This document shows positions 10,616-20,846 of a stretch of 64,000 nucleotides of DNA, piece by piece. Made by a program: the position numbers and the translations under genes. This stretch comes from Candidatus Latescibacterota bacterium (lineage in GTDB: Bacteria > Latescibacterota > UBA2968 > GCA-2709665). Numbering within the stretch: position 1 is the first letter of the stretch; each line of letters opens with the position of its first letter. The DNA is taken from NCBI GenBank assembly GCA_965237675.1, contig OZ250150.1:256001-320000 (forward strand), written 5' to 3'. The notes beneath the pieces were generated by a model. That model made no database searches. It was not told the origin of the DNA and saw nothing but the letters and a program-made list of their open reading frames with translations.

Positions 10616-10673
10616 ACCACCTGCAACTGCTGACCGCACACGTGATATTATAGACCGCGCCGCCACATCAGCT
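10616..10673 (-). pseudogene. Relic 3' end of a second peptidase-ABC exporter gene
   Basis: 48/58 nt identical to 13383-13440; reads LMWRRGL*YHVCGQQLQV versus LMVRRGLYYHMCSQQLQV. Confidence 0.75.
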
Positions 10674-10692
10674 GACCGAACGTGCCGAAACG

Positions 10693-10915
10693 GGCACAAA
10701 AAAATCCCGCTCCATCCCCTCGCCATTCAGTGATGAACTTTCCGGCGGCACCCCGATTAAAGGGTGCCGGGCAGTGTCACCACTCACGCAGCTTTGAGGA
10801 TGCGGGAAGGTCCTACGTATTCGCCGAGGACATGGGAGCTACCCTTGCCCCTTGAAAGTCAGCTATTGTATTCGGTAGGCTACCCGACATACGGGTACTG
10901 CCCGAGTGGTGACAA
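10693..10915 (-). ncRNA. Candidate structured RNA or attenuator leader (family unassigned)
   Basis: 11-bp terminal stem tgtcaccactc/gagtggtgaca (10775-10785 with 10904-10914), internal stems, a GC hairpin at 10747-10768 and a U7 tract; begins just after a sigma70-like promoter. Confidence 0.45.
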
Positions 10916-10919
10916 CCGA

Positions 10920-10948
10920 AATATAGATTCCGCGAATGAGAAAGACAA
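10920..10948 (-). promoter_or_regulatory. sigma70-like promoter TTGTCT-N17-TATATT
   Basis: Read directly; predicted +1 coincides with the 5' arm of the long stem. Confidence 0.5.
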
Positions 10949-11135
10949 GCGCAATTTCAGGTTAAGACTGAAGAATGCTATCGGACTGCAGCGTCGGCGT
11001 GCGCTTATCCGAAGTCAGCCGCTGCGTTGACGGTTCGCTACGATTGAGCCCAACCACCGGTAAACCGGAGGCGTACCTCGAGGTCTATTTCGCTGCCATT
11101 GGTGAAGCACGCAGTCACCGGCCTCTGCCGGGCAT

Positions 11136-11954
11136 TTATTGTCGCATCTGCTTCCCGGCCTCCCAGATCGGATAGCGTATGTCCGCCCGTTGCAACTCTC
11201 TCTGCAGCCACTGGCTGAACAATGTGTTGCGAATCTCGTCTGTGATGCGATCGTCCAGCGTGGCGGGATAGGTTTGCTGCATCATGAACAGCGCAAACCC
11301 GCCCGATGCCTTTTCGGGGCCGAAGATTTCACCTGGCGAGGCGGCAAAGAGGCGTGCGGCAATTCCCTTCGGCAACTGCTTGCGCCGGACGCGCCCCATA
11401 AACCCGCCGGCCGGGCGCGTGCGATCATCTTGGGAGAACTCCCGGGCCATTGCGCAGAAATCGGCGCCGTCCTCACTCGTCTGAAGTCCAATCTCGTCGA
11501 TAACGCCTCTGTCCCGATGGAAAATCCAGCAGACCTCCGCCTCGTCGAACTCCAGCGTGTGTTGCGCAAAATAGGGTTCGATCCCTCCCTCGGCGACTTT
11601 GTCGGAAAGCAGGCGCTCCAGCAGCCTGGCTTCGGCATCCGCCGCAACGTCCCGTAGTGTAATGCCTCGTGAAACGAGCCAGGCTTCCGTGTCTTCAACG
11701 CGTTCCAGCCGATTTTTGTACCGCCACCCATCCACATCGCGCTGGATGTCCTCCGGCTTCGTGCGAACACCCTCACGGATGGCAAGCTGGCGGATCAGTT
11801 CTCTTCGCGCGAACTCACCGAAAAAGCTGAGCTTGTCGGCAACACACATTTGACGGACTAAATGGTTCAACGAGACGTCGGCTCCGTTGACCCGAATCAC
11901 GGTAATATCCCGCTGCGCAATTTCCGAAGCGGCCTCTTCCGGACCCCGCATCAC
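11136..11954 (-). CDS. PpiC/parvulin-type peptidyl-prolyl isomerase-like protein (peptide maturation associated)
   Basis: DF..MAREFSQD...AGGFMG.V....LP...A..F rotamase motif; coupled to hlyD. Confidence 0.8.
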   Translation of the reverse strand: MMRGPEEAASEIAQRDITVIRVNGADVSLNHLVRQMCVADKLSFFGEFARRELIRQLAIREGVRTKPEDIQRDVDGWRYKNRLERVEDTEAWLVSRGITLRDVAADAEARLLERLLSDKVAEGGIEPYFAQHTLEFDEAEVCWIFHRDRGVIDEIGLQTSEDGADFCAMAREFSQDDRTRPAGGFMGRVRRKQLPKGIAARLFAASPGEIFGPEKASGGFALFMMQQTYPATLDDRITDEIRNTLFSQWLQRELQRADIRYPIWEAGKQMRQ

Positions 11955-13351
11955 GTATCCCCCGGAATAGTAACCGACGTTTTCGTGGCATCATAGGTCG
12001 CCGACTCGTACAGCTTTCGCAAAGGACTGAGCAGCATCAGCAATACCGATTGGCGGTCCGTCATGATCTCCGCCGTCCCCTTCATGCCGAAGAGCAACGG
12101 CTTAGGTTGTCCTTTTACGACCATGGAGGTTTCTTCCAATTCAACAACACCTTTGAAGATCGGACCGACACGCTCGTCGATGACGGCATCGGGCGAGAGT
12201 TGTTTGAGCCATCCGCGTTTGATGCCGAAGTCCTGAAATGCAAATGCGTCGTACTTCAGTTTGACGATCTGTCCCGGTTTGAGCAGGCCCACGTCTTTGT
12301 TCAGCACCGTGAGTTCGGCAACCATGGGGACGGAGGCCGGCGCCACTGAAACCAGCGCCTGCCCCTTGCTGATCACCTGTCCGACCGCGTTCACCATCAC
12401 CTGGGTTACAATGCCGGGTTCGGGCGCCAGAATCAGATCCGATTCGGCTTCCAACTGTCGATCGACGCGTTTGCGCGCCTGGTCCAATTTCAATCGCGCG
12501 GTTTCATACGCGTGTTTCATCTGCGAGGCCTCACGCCCGTGGGCGATGCGAGCCTCGAGAATCTGCCGCTGGAGATCCTGGACAGCCGTTTCGTTCCTAT
12601 AGATTTCCGACATGCGTCCCGGAAGCGCCGCCAGGGCGTTTATGTACCGGACGCGGGCGCGGTTGATTTCCGCCCGGCTGATCAACTTGCGCTCAAACAG
12701 CATTTTCTGCTGAACGTACTCCTGTTTCAATTGGTCGATTTCAGCCTGACGAAAACCGATCTGCGCCTGCAACTCCGCATCCGAAGCGGCTTCCCCGGAT
12801 GACGCGGCATCGCCCAAATCGGCGCGATAGTCTCGCAGGGCATCCCGGTGTGCGTCCATAAACCGCTCCAGGACAGACAGTCGTTTCTCCAATGAGGCGA
12901 TCGTTTCCCGGGTCAATTGAGTCCTCTGCGGCAATACCTTTACGACATCGTACCTGGCCTTTTGGAACGCCATTTCCGCCTGTTCCAGTTCTCTCAGGTC
13001 TCCCCAGGTCTCCCATGACTTCAGCTTGAACAACAACTGGCCTTCCTCGATCCGATCGCCCTCCCTGATGCCGATATACTCAATTTCACCGTCTCGAAGG
13101 GCCTGCAGCGTTTTCACTTTCCCCAGAGGTACCAAACGGAAGGGCGCCGATGCCACCACGTCCACCTTGCCCCACCACGCCCAGACGACCGCAATTCCGA
13201 CAAATAGAAGAACGATATACAGCAACGCCCGACCCCAGAACGGCCTAAGAGACCCCACGAACGCGCGCATTTCTTCCGCGTCGTCGTCCCGGCCCGGGAG
13301 AATGACCGGCGTCGCTGCTGCCGACGGCTTTGTTAGTCCGGGTTCCGCCAT
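11951..13351 (-). CDS. HlyD family membrane fusion protein
   Basis: N-terminal TM, lipoyl-like halves, coiled coil, KYDAFAFQDFG...ISPDA-like motif, GMKGTAEI. Confidence 0.9.
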   Translation of the reverse strand: MAEPGLTKPSAAATPVILPGRDDDAEEMRAFVGSLRPFWGRALLYIVLLFVGIAVVWAWWGKVDVVASAPFRLVPLGKVKTLQALRDGEIEYIGIREGDRIEEGQLLFKLKSWETWGDLRELEQAEMAFQKARYDVVKVLPQRTQLTRETIASLEKRLSVLERFMDAHRDALRDYRADLGDAASSGEAASDAELQAQIGFRQAEIDQLKQEYVQQKMLFERKLISRAEINRARVRYINALAALPGRMSEIYRNETAVQDLQRQILEARIAHGREASQMKHAYETARLKLDQARKRVDRQLEAESDLILAPEPGIVTQVMVNAVGQVISKGQALVSVAPASVPMVAELTVLNKDVGLLKPGQIVKLKYDAFAFQDFGIKRGWLKQLSPDAVIDERVGPIFKGVVELEETSMVVKGQPKPLLFGMKGTAEIMTDRQSVLLMLLSPLRKLYESATYDATKTSVTIPGDT

Positions 13352-13378
13352 CAGATCGGCTCCTGGTCTGCCGGAGGT

Positions 13379-16300
13379 TCAAACCACCTGCAACTGCTGA
13401 CTGCACATGTGATAGTAAAGACCTCGGCGAACCATCAGTTCTTCGTGCGTGCCCATGTCGACGATGTGGCCGTTTTCCAGTACAACAATCGTGTCCGCAT
13501 CCCTCACGGTGCTCAGACGATGGGCAATAACGAGGGATGTGCGATTTTCCAGGAATAGCGCCAGGTTGGACTGAATCGCCCCTTCAGAGTCCGTATCCAG
13601 CGCATTTGTCGCTTCATCGAATATCAGTATTTTCGGATCGCGATACAGCGCCCGCGCGATCACGATCCGTTGCCGCTGCCCGCCGGACAATCCGATTCCC
13701 TGTTCGCCCACCTTCGTCTCATATCCCAAAGGCATATCGCTTACGAAATCGTGTACGCAGGCCAGTCCGGCAACTTCCATAAGCCTGTCCATGTCTGCGT
13801 CGGGTTCTCCGACCGCGATGTTCTCCGCAATGGTGCCGCTGAACAGAAACGAATCCTGCATGACCATTCCCACCTGGCGTCGCAGCCAGTGCGGGTCGAA
13901 ATCTCGCACATCCATCCCGTCCAGAAGCACACGCCCTTCCGAGGGATCGAACAGGCGGGGCACCAGCTTTACGAGCGTGGTCTTTCCCGCGCCACTGCGT
14001 CCGGCAATGGCGACCTTTTGGCCCGGTTCCAGTTCCAGCTTGATGTTGTTCAATACATAGGGTTCGTCGGATCCGACGCCGTACCTGAAAAATACCCCAT
14101 CAAACACCAGGCGGCCTTCAACCCGTTTCAGTCTCAGCCCGTGTCCGCGTTGGCGCGCATCCTCCATCTTCGATTCGTAGATGTCATTCAGCCTATCCAA
14201 TGCGACCCGGGCTTCCTGGACCTCCGGCCATATGCCGATCAGTCCCATAATGGGTCCCATCACATTGCCGATGAGGGCGTTGAACGCCATCAACTGCCCG
14301 ACCGACAACTCCCCTTCGATCACCAGGGAGGCGCCATACCACAATATCACCGTGGAACTCAACAGGTTGATCATACTTCCGCCCGCACCGAACAACATCT
14401 CCATTTTCAGCCGCCGAAACCCGATCTGAATTTCCTTCGTAAACTTGCCCTCCCACTGCCATCTCGTAGCGCGCTCGACGGCTTCGGCTTTCACCACGTC
14501 AATGCCATGCAGCGAATCGATCAGGACAGACGACTGTTCCGCGCGGGCAAGAAAAGCGCGCTGGCTGAAGGACTTCAGAATCGGGGTGTAGATCAGCGTC
14601 AACCCCACGGACGGCGGCACGAATATCAACATCACGAGCGTCAACTCCCAATTGTAGTAGAACATCAGCCCGAGATAGACGAACAACATGATAAAGTCGA
14701 GTATCGCCGAGATGGTCGTGTCCGTAAACAGGCGCTGGATCGTGGCATTTTCCTCAAACCTCGTGGTCAGATCCCCCGTGCGGCGCAGCGCGAAAAACCG
14801 CATGGACAGGCCCAGCAGATGCCGATAGAACCGGGATAACATGGTCAGACTCAACCGGGCGCTCATATACCCGACCAAATACGCGCGCAACGTCGAGGTG
14901 CCCATTTGAAACAGCGCCACGACGACCATGCCCGCCAGCATCAGGTTCAAGAGATCCTCGTCGTGATGTACCAGCACCTGATCTACAATGGTCTGCGTGA
15001 AAATGGGCGAGGCAAGTCCGAACAGACTGAGCACCAGGGACGCCAGCAGAACCTCGACCAGAATGGCCGTATATGGCTTGATCAACGGGAAAAAACGTCT
15101 GAAGGAAGACCTGGAGGGTTCATTTTCCGCCACCTGATCCGTGTATTCCAGCAGCAGCGCCATGTTGGTCCAGCTTTTCTCGAACTCCGGACGCACCAAC
15201 CTGCGAATCCCTACGCCGGGATCCGCGATTTTCACATCCTTTTTCGTGATCTCGTACAACACCACGAAATGGTTGCCCTCCCAGTGCAAAATCGCCGGCA
15301 GTCCGGTCCGCATCAGCGCTTCATAGCCCGTGCGCACGCCCCTCGTGACGAACCCCAACGTCTCCGCCGCCTCGGCCAGCGCCGCCATCGACGTGCCCTC
15401 CCGCGACACGTTGCACATTTCGCGCAACCTGTTCAACCCGATCGGCATCTTGTAATACTTGCAGATCATCCCCAGACACGCCGCCCCGCAATCGGACTCG
15501 TCGTGCTGTTTTAGAAATGGAAAACGAAACGATGTGGGCGCTCTTTGTTCCTCTTCACCTTCCCCGGCGCTCACGACATTGGAAGCCGTGTCTTCTGATT
15601 CCTCGACACCCTGCCCCGGCGTCGATCGAGCCTGGACCCGGGCCCGAGATCCGCCAGGTCGAGACGGATCGAATGGAGGCCCGCCGGATTCCTGTTTCGA
15701 GTGCAATCGCCGTGCCATTTCCAGCAAGGACTCCAATGCAGGAATTGCATATTTGAGGCTATCAAAATCGTTTTTGTCCAAATAATAGATAATGCAATCG
15801 TTTTGACTGCGGATCGCCAGTGACTCGCCACCGGAAGACTCCGTATCCTGGAAGAAATCACCCGCACCCAGACTAAAGGTGCTGCCATCCTCGGCAACCC
15901 CTTCCAGAAGACCGCTGCCCACCAGATAAAACCGCCCGCCCGAACGACCGGGTTCCACAACCGTCGTTCCCTCCGCCACCTCTTCGCGCTTCAAACGCCC
16001 GAACAACTCCCGCATCGCGCCGCCATTCACTCCGCGGTTCAGATGCCGGGTAAAATTTCGATATGCGATATCCGCAACCTGATCCTGAAGATGGGCTTCC
16101 AGTTCCGGTTCTTTCTTCAACACCTTGAAGAATTCATCCCCGGACACCTCCAACACCCGGGAATCCTCAACCGCCCGCACTGTTGCCCGATGACCGCGCC
16201 CCGTCAACAGCGCCCCTTCGCCAAAGTGATCGCCGGCGTACAAAAACCCCACGGTTTCCGCCTGGGCATCCGCAATCTGCTTGATCACCCGCAATCGACC

Positions 16301-16450
16301 CGACTGAAGTATGCAGAAGACATCACCAGGTCCCCCTTGATCGAAGACGACCGACCCGAAAGGAAACCGGGCGGATTCTGACTGAATCGAATGTTGGGAA
16401 AAAAGGGAAGACACGTCCATTATTTGTAACCCTGCCAGAACATCGTACAA
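13379..16450 (-). CDS. Peptidase-containing ABC transporter (two cNMP-binding domains, C39 peptidase, TMD, ATPase)
   Basis: GDHFGEGALL...R.ATV (cNMP); QHDESDCGAAC, HWEGNHFVV, ADP (intact Cys-His-Asp); GRSGAGKT, LSGGQRQR, DEAT. Start uncertain (TTG 16450 or ATG 16420). Confidence 0.92.
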   Translation of the reverse strand: MYDVLAGLQIMDVSSLFSQHSIQSESARFPFGSVVFDQGGPGDVFCILQSGRLRVIKQIADAQAETVGFLYAGDHFGEGALLTGRGHRATVRAVEDSRVLEVSGDEFFKVLKKEPELEAHLQDQVADIAYRNFTRHLNRGVNGGAMRELFGRLKREEVAEGTTVVEPGRSGGRFYLVGSGLLEGVAEDGSTFSLGAGDFFQDTESSGGESLAIRSQNDCIIYYLDKNDFDSLKYAIPALESLLEMARRLHSKQESGGPPFDPSRPGGSRARVQARSTPGQGVEESEDTASNVVSAGEGEEEQRAPTSFRFPFLKQHDESDCGAACLGMICKYYKMPIGLNRLREMCNVSREGTSMAALAEAAETLGFVTRGVRTGYEALMRTGLPAILHWEGNHFVVLYEITKKDVKIADPGVGIRRLVRPEFEKSWTNMALLLEYTDQVAENEPSRSSFRRFFPLIKPYTAILVEVLLASLVLSLFGLASPIFTQTIVDQVLVHHDEDLLNLMLAGMVVVALFQMGTSTLRAYLVGYMSARLSLTMLSRFYRHLLGLSMRFFALRRTGDLTTRFEENATIQRLFTDTTISAILDFIMLFVYLGLMFYYNWELTLVMLIFVPPSVGLTLIYTPILKSFSQRAFLARAEQSSVLIDSLHGIDVVKAEAVERATRWQWEGKFTKEIQIGFRRLKMEMLFGAGGSMINLLSSTVILWYGASLVIEGELSVGQLMAFNALIGNVMGPIMGLIGIWPEVQEARVALDRLNDIYESKMEDARQRGHGLRLKRVEGRLVFDGVFFRYGVGSDEPYVLNNIKLELEPGQKVAIAGRSGAGKTTLVKLVPRLFDPSEGRVLLDGMDVRDFDPHWLRRQVGMVMQDSFLFSGTIAENIAVGEPDADMDRLMEVAGLACVHDFVSDMPLGYETKVGEQGIGLSGGQRQRIVIARALYRDPKILIFDEATNALDTDSEGAIQSNLALFLENRTSLVIAHRLSTVRDADTIVVLENGHIVDMGTHEELMVRRGLYYHMCSQQLQVV

Positions 16451-16721
16451 GTGGGAACGATACGTCCAGAAACCCGGATCCTGAAATTAACGGATACAAC
16501 GCCATGACATACTAAAAATAGTATGATAACAGCCATTGACCACAATCAGGATTCATCCAACCAGAGGATCAGTTACGCGTTTGGCAATGTAGCGATCTTT
16601 GGCAGGAGAATTACGATTCGGTAAATGCTCAATTGATGTGGTCTGTCACGTTGATAACAGAGAGCCATCTCTACAGTACTTTGGAGGCGTCGCCTGCCGG
16701 CTCTTGCGATTCCGGTTGGGT

Positions 16722-17534
16722 TTAGCCAGTGTCCGCGCATTTGTCCGCCGGCAAAATGCGGAAGCCGATTTCCGACGGGTGATCGCGAACGTATCTGTCA
16801 TTCTCAAATCGGCGGACCTTGATAAACAGCAGCACATCTCCGGCACAACTGCAGAACGTGAGACTGAAGAGCAATAGCGACCAGATCGCCGGGTCCCACC
16901 ACAGTATCAGACCGGCGGCCGGCGTGGTCACAATCAGGGGCAAGAGCGCGAACACCCGGTAAACACCCACCGTCATGGGTCTGTCGACGTGACAATACAA
17001 GGCCACCCATCGCCTGAAGATTCCGAAGTGCAGCGATTGAATTGGAATCTTACCCCAGCACAGGGCGGCAAGACCGTGGAGTGCTTCGTGGAAGACATAG
17101 AAGGCGATCAGGTATCCTGGAAACTTCAGTAAGTCGTTGAACATCAGACGCATATCGATTTCCCGTGACAAGGCATCTCCCGCCAGGATACCACTTGCAA
17201 ACGCAGTCCAGAACATGAGCATGAAAATTATGCCCACATCTTCTATATCCAGACCCACATCTATAGGTTTCTGCGCGTTGTTGCGATCCTCTTCCCCTGT
17301 TCCCGATGTGAAGACATCGCGTATGATCGACACGAATCTGTCGCCATACGCACAGAGCGCCTTTCGTGACATCAAAAAGTACATCGACATGCCAGTTAGG
17401 ACGCCAATCACTATCGCATAGTCAAGATCAAGTAAGTACCTGAGGATGAGCATGGCCGGCGCTACGGATAGCATCCCAAACAATGCGGCAGCGACAATCA
17501 GCCGTTTCCACGTGTTTCCGAGACAGGCGTACAT
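16722..17534 (-). CDS. DUF3267-like membrane zinc metallopeptidase
   Basis: FHEALHG, LYCH, ALLPL, CAGD, VRDHPSEIGF; ATG at 17534 after ggaggt. Confidence 0.75.
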   Translation of the reverse strand: MYACLGNTWKRLIVAAALFGMLSVAPAMLILRYLLDLDYAIVIGVLTGMSMYFLMSRKALCAYGDRFVSIIRDVFTSGTGEEDRNNAQKPIDVGLDIEDVGIIFMLMFWTAFASGILAGDALSREIDMRLMFNDLLKFPGYLIAFYVFHEALHGLAALCWGKIPIQSLHFGIFRRWVALYCHVDRPMTVGVYRVFALLPLIVTTPAAGLILWWDPAIWSLLLFSLTFCSCAGDVLLFIKVRRFENDRYVRDHPSEIGFRILPADKCADTG

Positions 17535-17640
17535 CAAACAGGACCTCCGTTCATGGTTCCATTGCCCTTTTTGAGGGGACGGAAAGGGGCGCGTACCGTA
17601 AATTGCTCGGACCGAGAGGCCAGATACAATCGACCAGCGT

Positions 17641-18495
17641 CTACCGGTCATCACTTGCAGCATCTGGCGCCACAAGTCCGTCCGTGGTGTCGGGTTGGGT
17701 GCTGTTCGAGACGTGGTAAAACCACCACAATCCAAGAGATGCCACAATTGCCCCCGCTGCACTCCACCACCACGGATTAGAGGTCACAACATTAAGGTCT
17801 TCTGCAACACGGAAAAAAGGAATGTCAAAGTGTTGGATGGTCACTGAGACGAAATTATGCAATGCGTGTGCGACAAGCGCGGGCCACAAAGATCCCGTGA
17901 GGATAACCCACCAGGCAAATACGAGACCCCATATAAGGGCCGGCGGAAGTTGCCAGGGGTTCAGATGCCCCACACCGAACAGTATCGCTGACCAGACAAT
18001 CGCGTAGATGCGGGTATAATTCGCCAGCAGACCACATAAAATGACACCTCTAAAAAGCAACTCTTCGATCAACGGTGCTACGAAAACTGCCACGAACAAG
18101 GCTGCCGAATAGGTTGTCTTGCGACCGGCCGTCGATTGAAAGACCTCTTGAAAAAAATCAGACATTGGAATTAGGAATGTGACGACCTTGTCCAATTCAT
18201 CAAGGACCACCACCATGCCAGCCACCGTTATTGCAACGCAGGGCCATACTCGCCAATCAAAGTCTATTCTCATGAGTTGCGATACATCATTCCACGATCG
18301 ATCAGTGCGACGAAAAATCCATATTAGAAGGAGAAGGAAAACTGCCAGTTGTAGTATACCGATCAGGAGGTTTTCCTCGTGCAAACGCTCGCCATAGGTG
18401 AGCCGTACAATACCGATGAGCACTCCCAAACCGACTTGAATCAGAATGTACAAGACCAGCAACCAAATCGCCTGTTTCAGATTCGGAAACACCAT
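17641..18495 (-). CDS. CPBP (CAAX/Abi) protease paralog 4
   Basis: EELLFRG, FGVGH, HALHN. Confidence 0.9.
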   Translation of the reverse strand: MVFPNLKQAIWLLVLYILIQVGLGVLIGIVRLTYGERLHEENLLIGILQLAVFLLLLIWIFRRTDRSWNDVSQLMRIDFDWRVWPCVAITVAGMVVVLDELDKVVTFLIPMSDFFQEVFQSTAGRKTTYSAALFVAVFVAPLIEELLFRGVILCGLLANYTRIYAIVWSAILFGVGHLNPWQLPPALIWGLVFAWWVILTGSLWPALVAHALHNFVSVTIQHFDIPFFRVAEDLNVVTSNPWWWSAAGAIVASLGLWWFYHVSNSTQPDTTDGLVAPDAASDDR

Positions 18496-18743
18496 TCAAC
18501 TGCCCTCTCTTACGACTCTTATGATCTCAATTTCCCGTAAATGTCACCGGCTGCGGTTGATAAAAATCCAACCGCTATGCCTGTCGGAATTGGCAATTTC
18601 AATCTAAAGGATATCGTCGCGGAGTGTACGGAATCAAGAAACCCCGCTCTCCTCTCCATTAATCCCTTACACGACTGGAGCGGGGGCGATTGTTTGTTCC
18701 TGTCCCTGGCGCAAAAGTTGCGAGTCCATCCTTACAGGTCATC

Positions 18744-19586
18744 TCATTCGCCATCTGGCGCCACGACTCCGTCCGGGGTAACGGGCTGTCTGCCGTTTGT
18801 AGCCAGGTAAAACCACGACAGTCCAGTCGCAGCTATTACTGCCCCCGCTGCACTCCACCACCACGGATTGAAAGACACAACATTCAGGTCTTCCGAAACC
18901 GCGAAATATGGAATTTCAAAGTGCACAATTGTCGCGAAAATGAAGTTGTTCAAAGCGTGCCCAACAAGCGCGGGCCATAAAGATCCCGTCCTGATAACCC
19001 ACCAGCCCAATACCAGGCCACCTATCAGGGAAGCCGGAATTTGCCAGGGGTTCAGATGACTCACGCTAAACAGTATCGATGACCAGATAATCGCGTATGT
19101 CCTGGAATAATTCGACAGCAGGCCACTCAAGACAACACCTCTAAAGAGCAACTCTTCGACATATGGTGCGACAACGGCTCCCCGGAACAGGGCAGATGGA
19201 TAGGATGTTCCGCGCCCGAGCGTTGTATGGAAGATCACCTGCATAGATTCCGGTATTGGAAATCCGCATACTACGGCTTTGTTCAATTCAAAAAGAACCA
19301 TCACCGTGCCGGCTATCGATATTGCAACGCAGGCCCATATGCGCCAATCGAAGTTTGTTTTCGCAGGTTGCAAGAGACTTACCCACCGTCGATCCGTACG
19401 ACGGGAAATGTATGACAAAATCAGAAGAAAAATCCCGAATACCAAGAGCCCCATCGCATAGTTGTTATGCTCAAGGGACTCGCCACTGATAAGTTGCACA
19501 ACGTCGATGAATATTCCCATGACCACTTCCATCAGGATGAGCAGGGCTAACACCCAACAGGCCTGCCTCAAGTTCGGATACGCCAT
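18744..19586 (-). CDS. CPBP (CAAX/Abi) protease paralog 5
   Basis: EELLFRG, FSVSH, HALNN. Confidence 0.9.
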   Translation of the reverse strand: MAYPNLRQACWVLALLILMEVVMGIFIDVVQLISGESLEHNNYAMGLLVFGIFLLILSYISRRTDRRWVSLLQPAKTNFDWRIWACVAISIAGTVMVLFELNKAVVCGFPIPESMQVIFHTTLGRGTSYPSALFRGAVVAPYVEELLFRGVVLSGLLSNYSRTYAIIWSSILFSVSHLNPWQIPASLIGGLVLGWWVIRTGSLWPALVGHALNNFIFATIVHFEIPYFAVSEDLNVVSFNPWWWSAAGAVIAATGLSWFYLATNGRQPVTPDGVVAPDGE

Positions 19587-19732
19587 TTCAATTCCCTTTT
19601 TTGACCTTCAAACCTACGGGGTAGCGGTACTTCAGAGTACCGCGATCAGCCCATCCGCATTTTCCGGGATAGGAGCACGAATTGCAGAATGCTCCTATCC
19701 CAGTATTCAACACGAGGTTCGCCTACATTATT

Positions 19733-20011
19733 CTATCGCTTGCAGCAGCAACAACTGCAACAGCTTTGGTGGTTGGACGGTTTCTTGTTGTCGTTCGATG
19801 TCACCTCAGCCACAGTCACACCGGTGGCAACGCCTGTTATATACGTGAGAACCTGCTTGCCAACTTCGATGGCAATTCGTACCCAATTGCCACCGAGTGT
19901 TTCTCCCATTTGTCTACGATCGAGCAATTCTTCGCGCCGATGCAAAGGGCTGCAGGTTACAACCATGTTACCAGCATCTGTCGCCATCGGATTGGCCAAA
20001 GCATGAGTCAT
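19733..20011 (-). CDS. Double-glycine-leader peptide precursor P1 (92 aa, Cys-rich tail)
   Basis: AGGAGG RBS; 41-aa leader ending ELLDRRQMGETLGG; core NWVRIAIEVGKQVLTYITGVATG...SCCSCCCCKR. Confidence 0.8.
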   Translation of the reverse strand: MTHALANPMATDAGNMVVTCSPLHRREELLDRRQMGETLGGNWVRIAIEVGKQVLTYITGVATGVTVAEVTSNDNKKPSNHQSCCSCCCCKR

Positions 20012-20476
20012 GAAGTCCTCCTGGAGAATTGATGGTATTAAACGATGTTCGACAATAGGGTGTGCAAACGATTGCAACAAGAGGGATTGGTTCCCTCAAA
20101 GTTAGGGGTTGTAAGGATTTCACTAAATATTCAACGACAAGTCACATCGCGCGCAGGTTCGATTCCATTTCCGGTCTGTCGAAGGCAGCCCATAGAAAAT
20201 CGCTCCGTCGTTAACTTAACCCGCTCGGCCATTTTAATACGCCCTTTCTCGACCGCTTCAGTGAGGCGCAAACAGGTTCCGTTCTACGATGTCCCACGAA
20301 CCTTCAGCAACTCGCTGAGATGTTGGTTTGCGGACGATTTTTCTCGGCTTCGGCAAGATATCAACACAGCGGACGTGAAGAACGAGCATGTTGAAAGTTC
20401 AGTTCGGAACGGCGGCTGTGGAGAACCCCGGAAGAACGGCTATGCAACAGACTACTTCCGCTGCTGGATTCAGCCT

Positions 20477-20683
20477 TCAACGAGGTCTGGCCAAGTGCTC
20501 GATAACTTCAGCGACAAGTCGTATGGCAAAACCCACGTATCGACCGAGTCGGTCATTTCCTGGAAAAACAAGCCCACCAGAGGCATGCATCATCTCACGA
20601 TGCGCCAGTTCCATCTCCCGGCCGGGGAGTTGGGCACAGGTCACGGAAACCTGGCCTCGTCTTGAGGGAAATCGATCGCTCAT
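20477..20683 (-). CDS. Double-glycine-leader peptide precursor P2 (68 aa)
   Basis: AAGGAGGTGA RBS; 37-aa leader ending ELAHREMMHASGG; core LVFPGNDRLGRYVGFAIRLVAEVIEHLARPR. Confidence 0.8.
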   Translation of the reverse strand: MSDRFPSRRGQVSVTCAQLPGREMELAHREMMHASGGLVFPGNDRLGRYVGFAIRLVAEVIEHLARPR

Positions 20684-20846
20684 TTCATCACCTCCTTTCT
20701 TTGACATCGCAGCGATGCGCCGGGATGTCTTGTGGGCTTCGCCGCGAAATCAGGGAAGTCCGCGGTGAAAAGTTGAAGACTCAGTTCGAAATGTCGACAG
20801 GAGAGATCGCCAGGAAAAACGGCTTTCCGCCCGGTCAGCCCCAATA

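Noticed and set aside
10775-10914. Firm call as 6S RNA or a known riboswitch
   Set aside because: About 140 nt with a short apical stem and no signature motif I could match; left unassigned.
20062-20080. Second sigma54 promoter upstream of P1
   Set aside because: It has TTGC but lacks the GG at -24.
20130-20232. Possible fifth precursor (MAERVKLTTERF...)
   Set aside because: About 33 aa with no GG site or leader motif and a weak RBS.
20045-20665. 206-aa plus-strand ORF across the precursor region
   Set aside because: No recognisable motif and antisense to P2, which has a strong RBS and a conserved leader.
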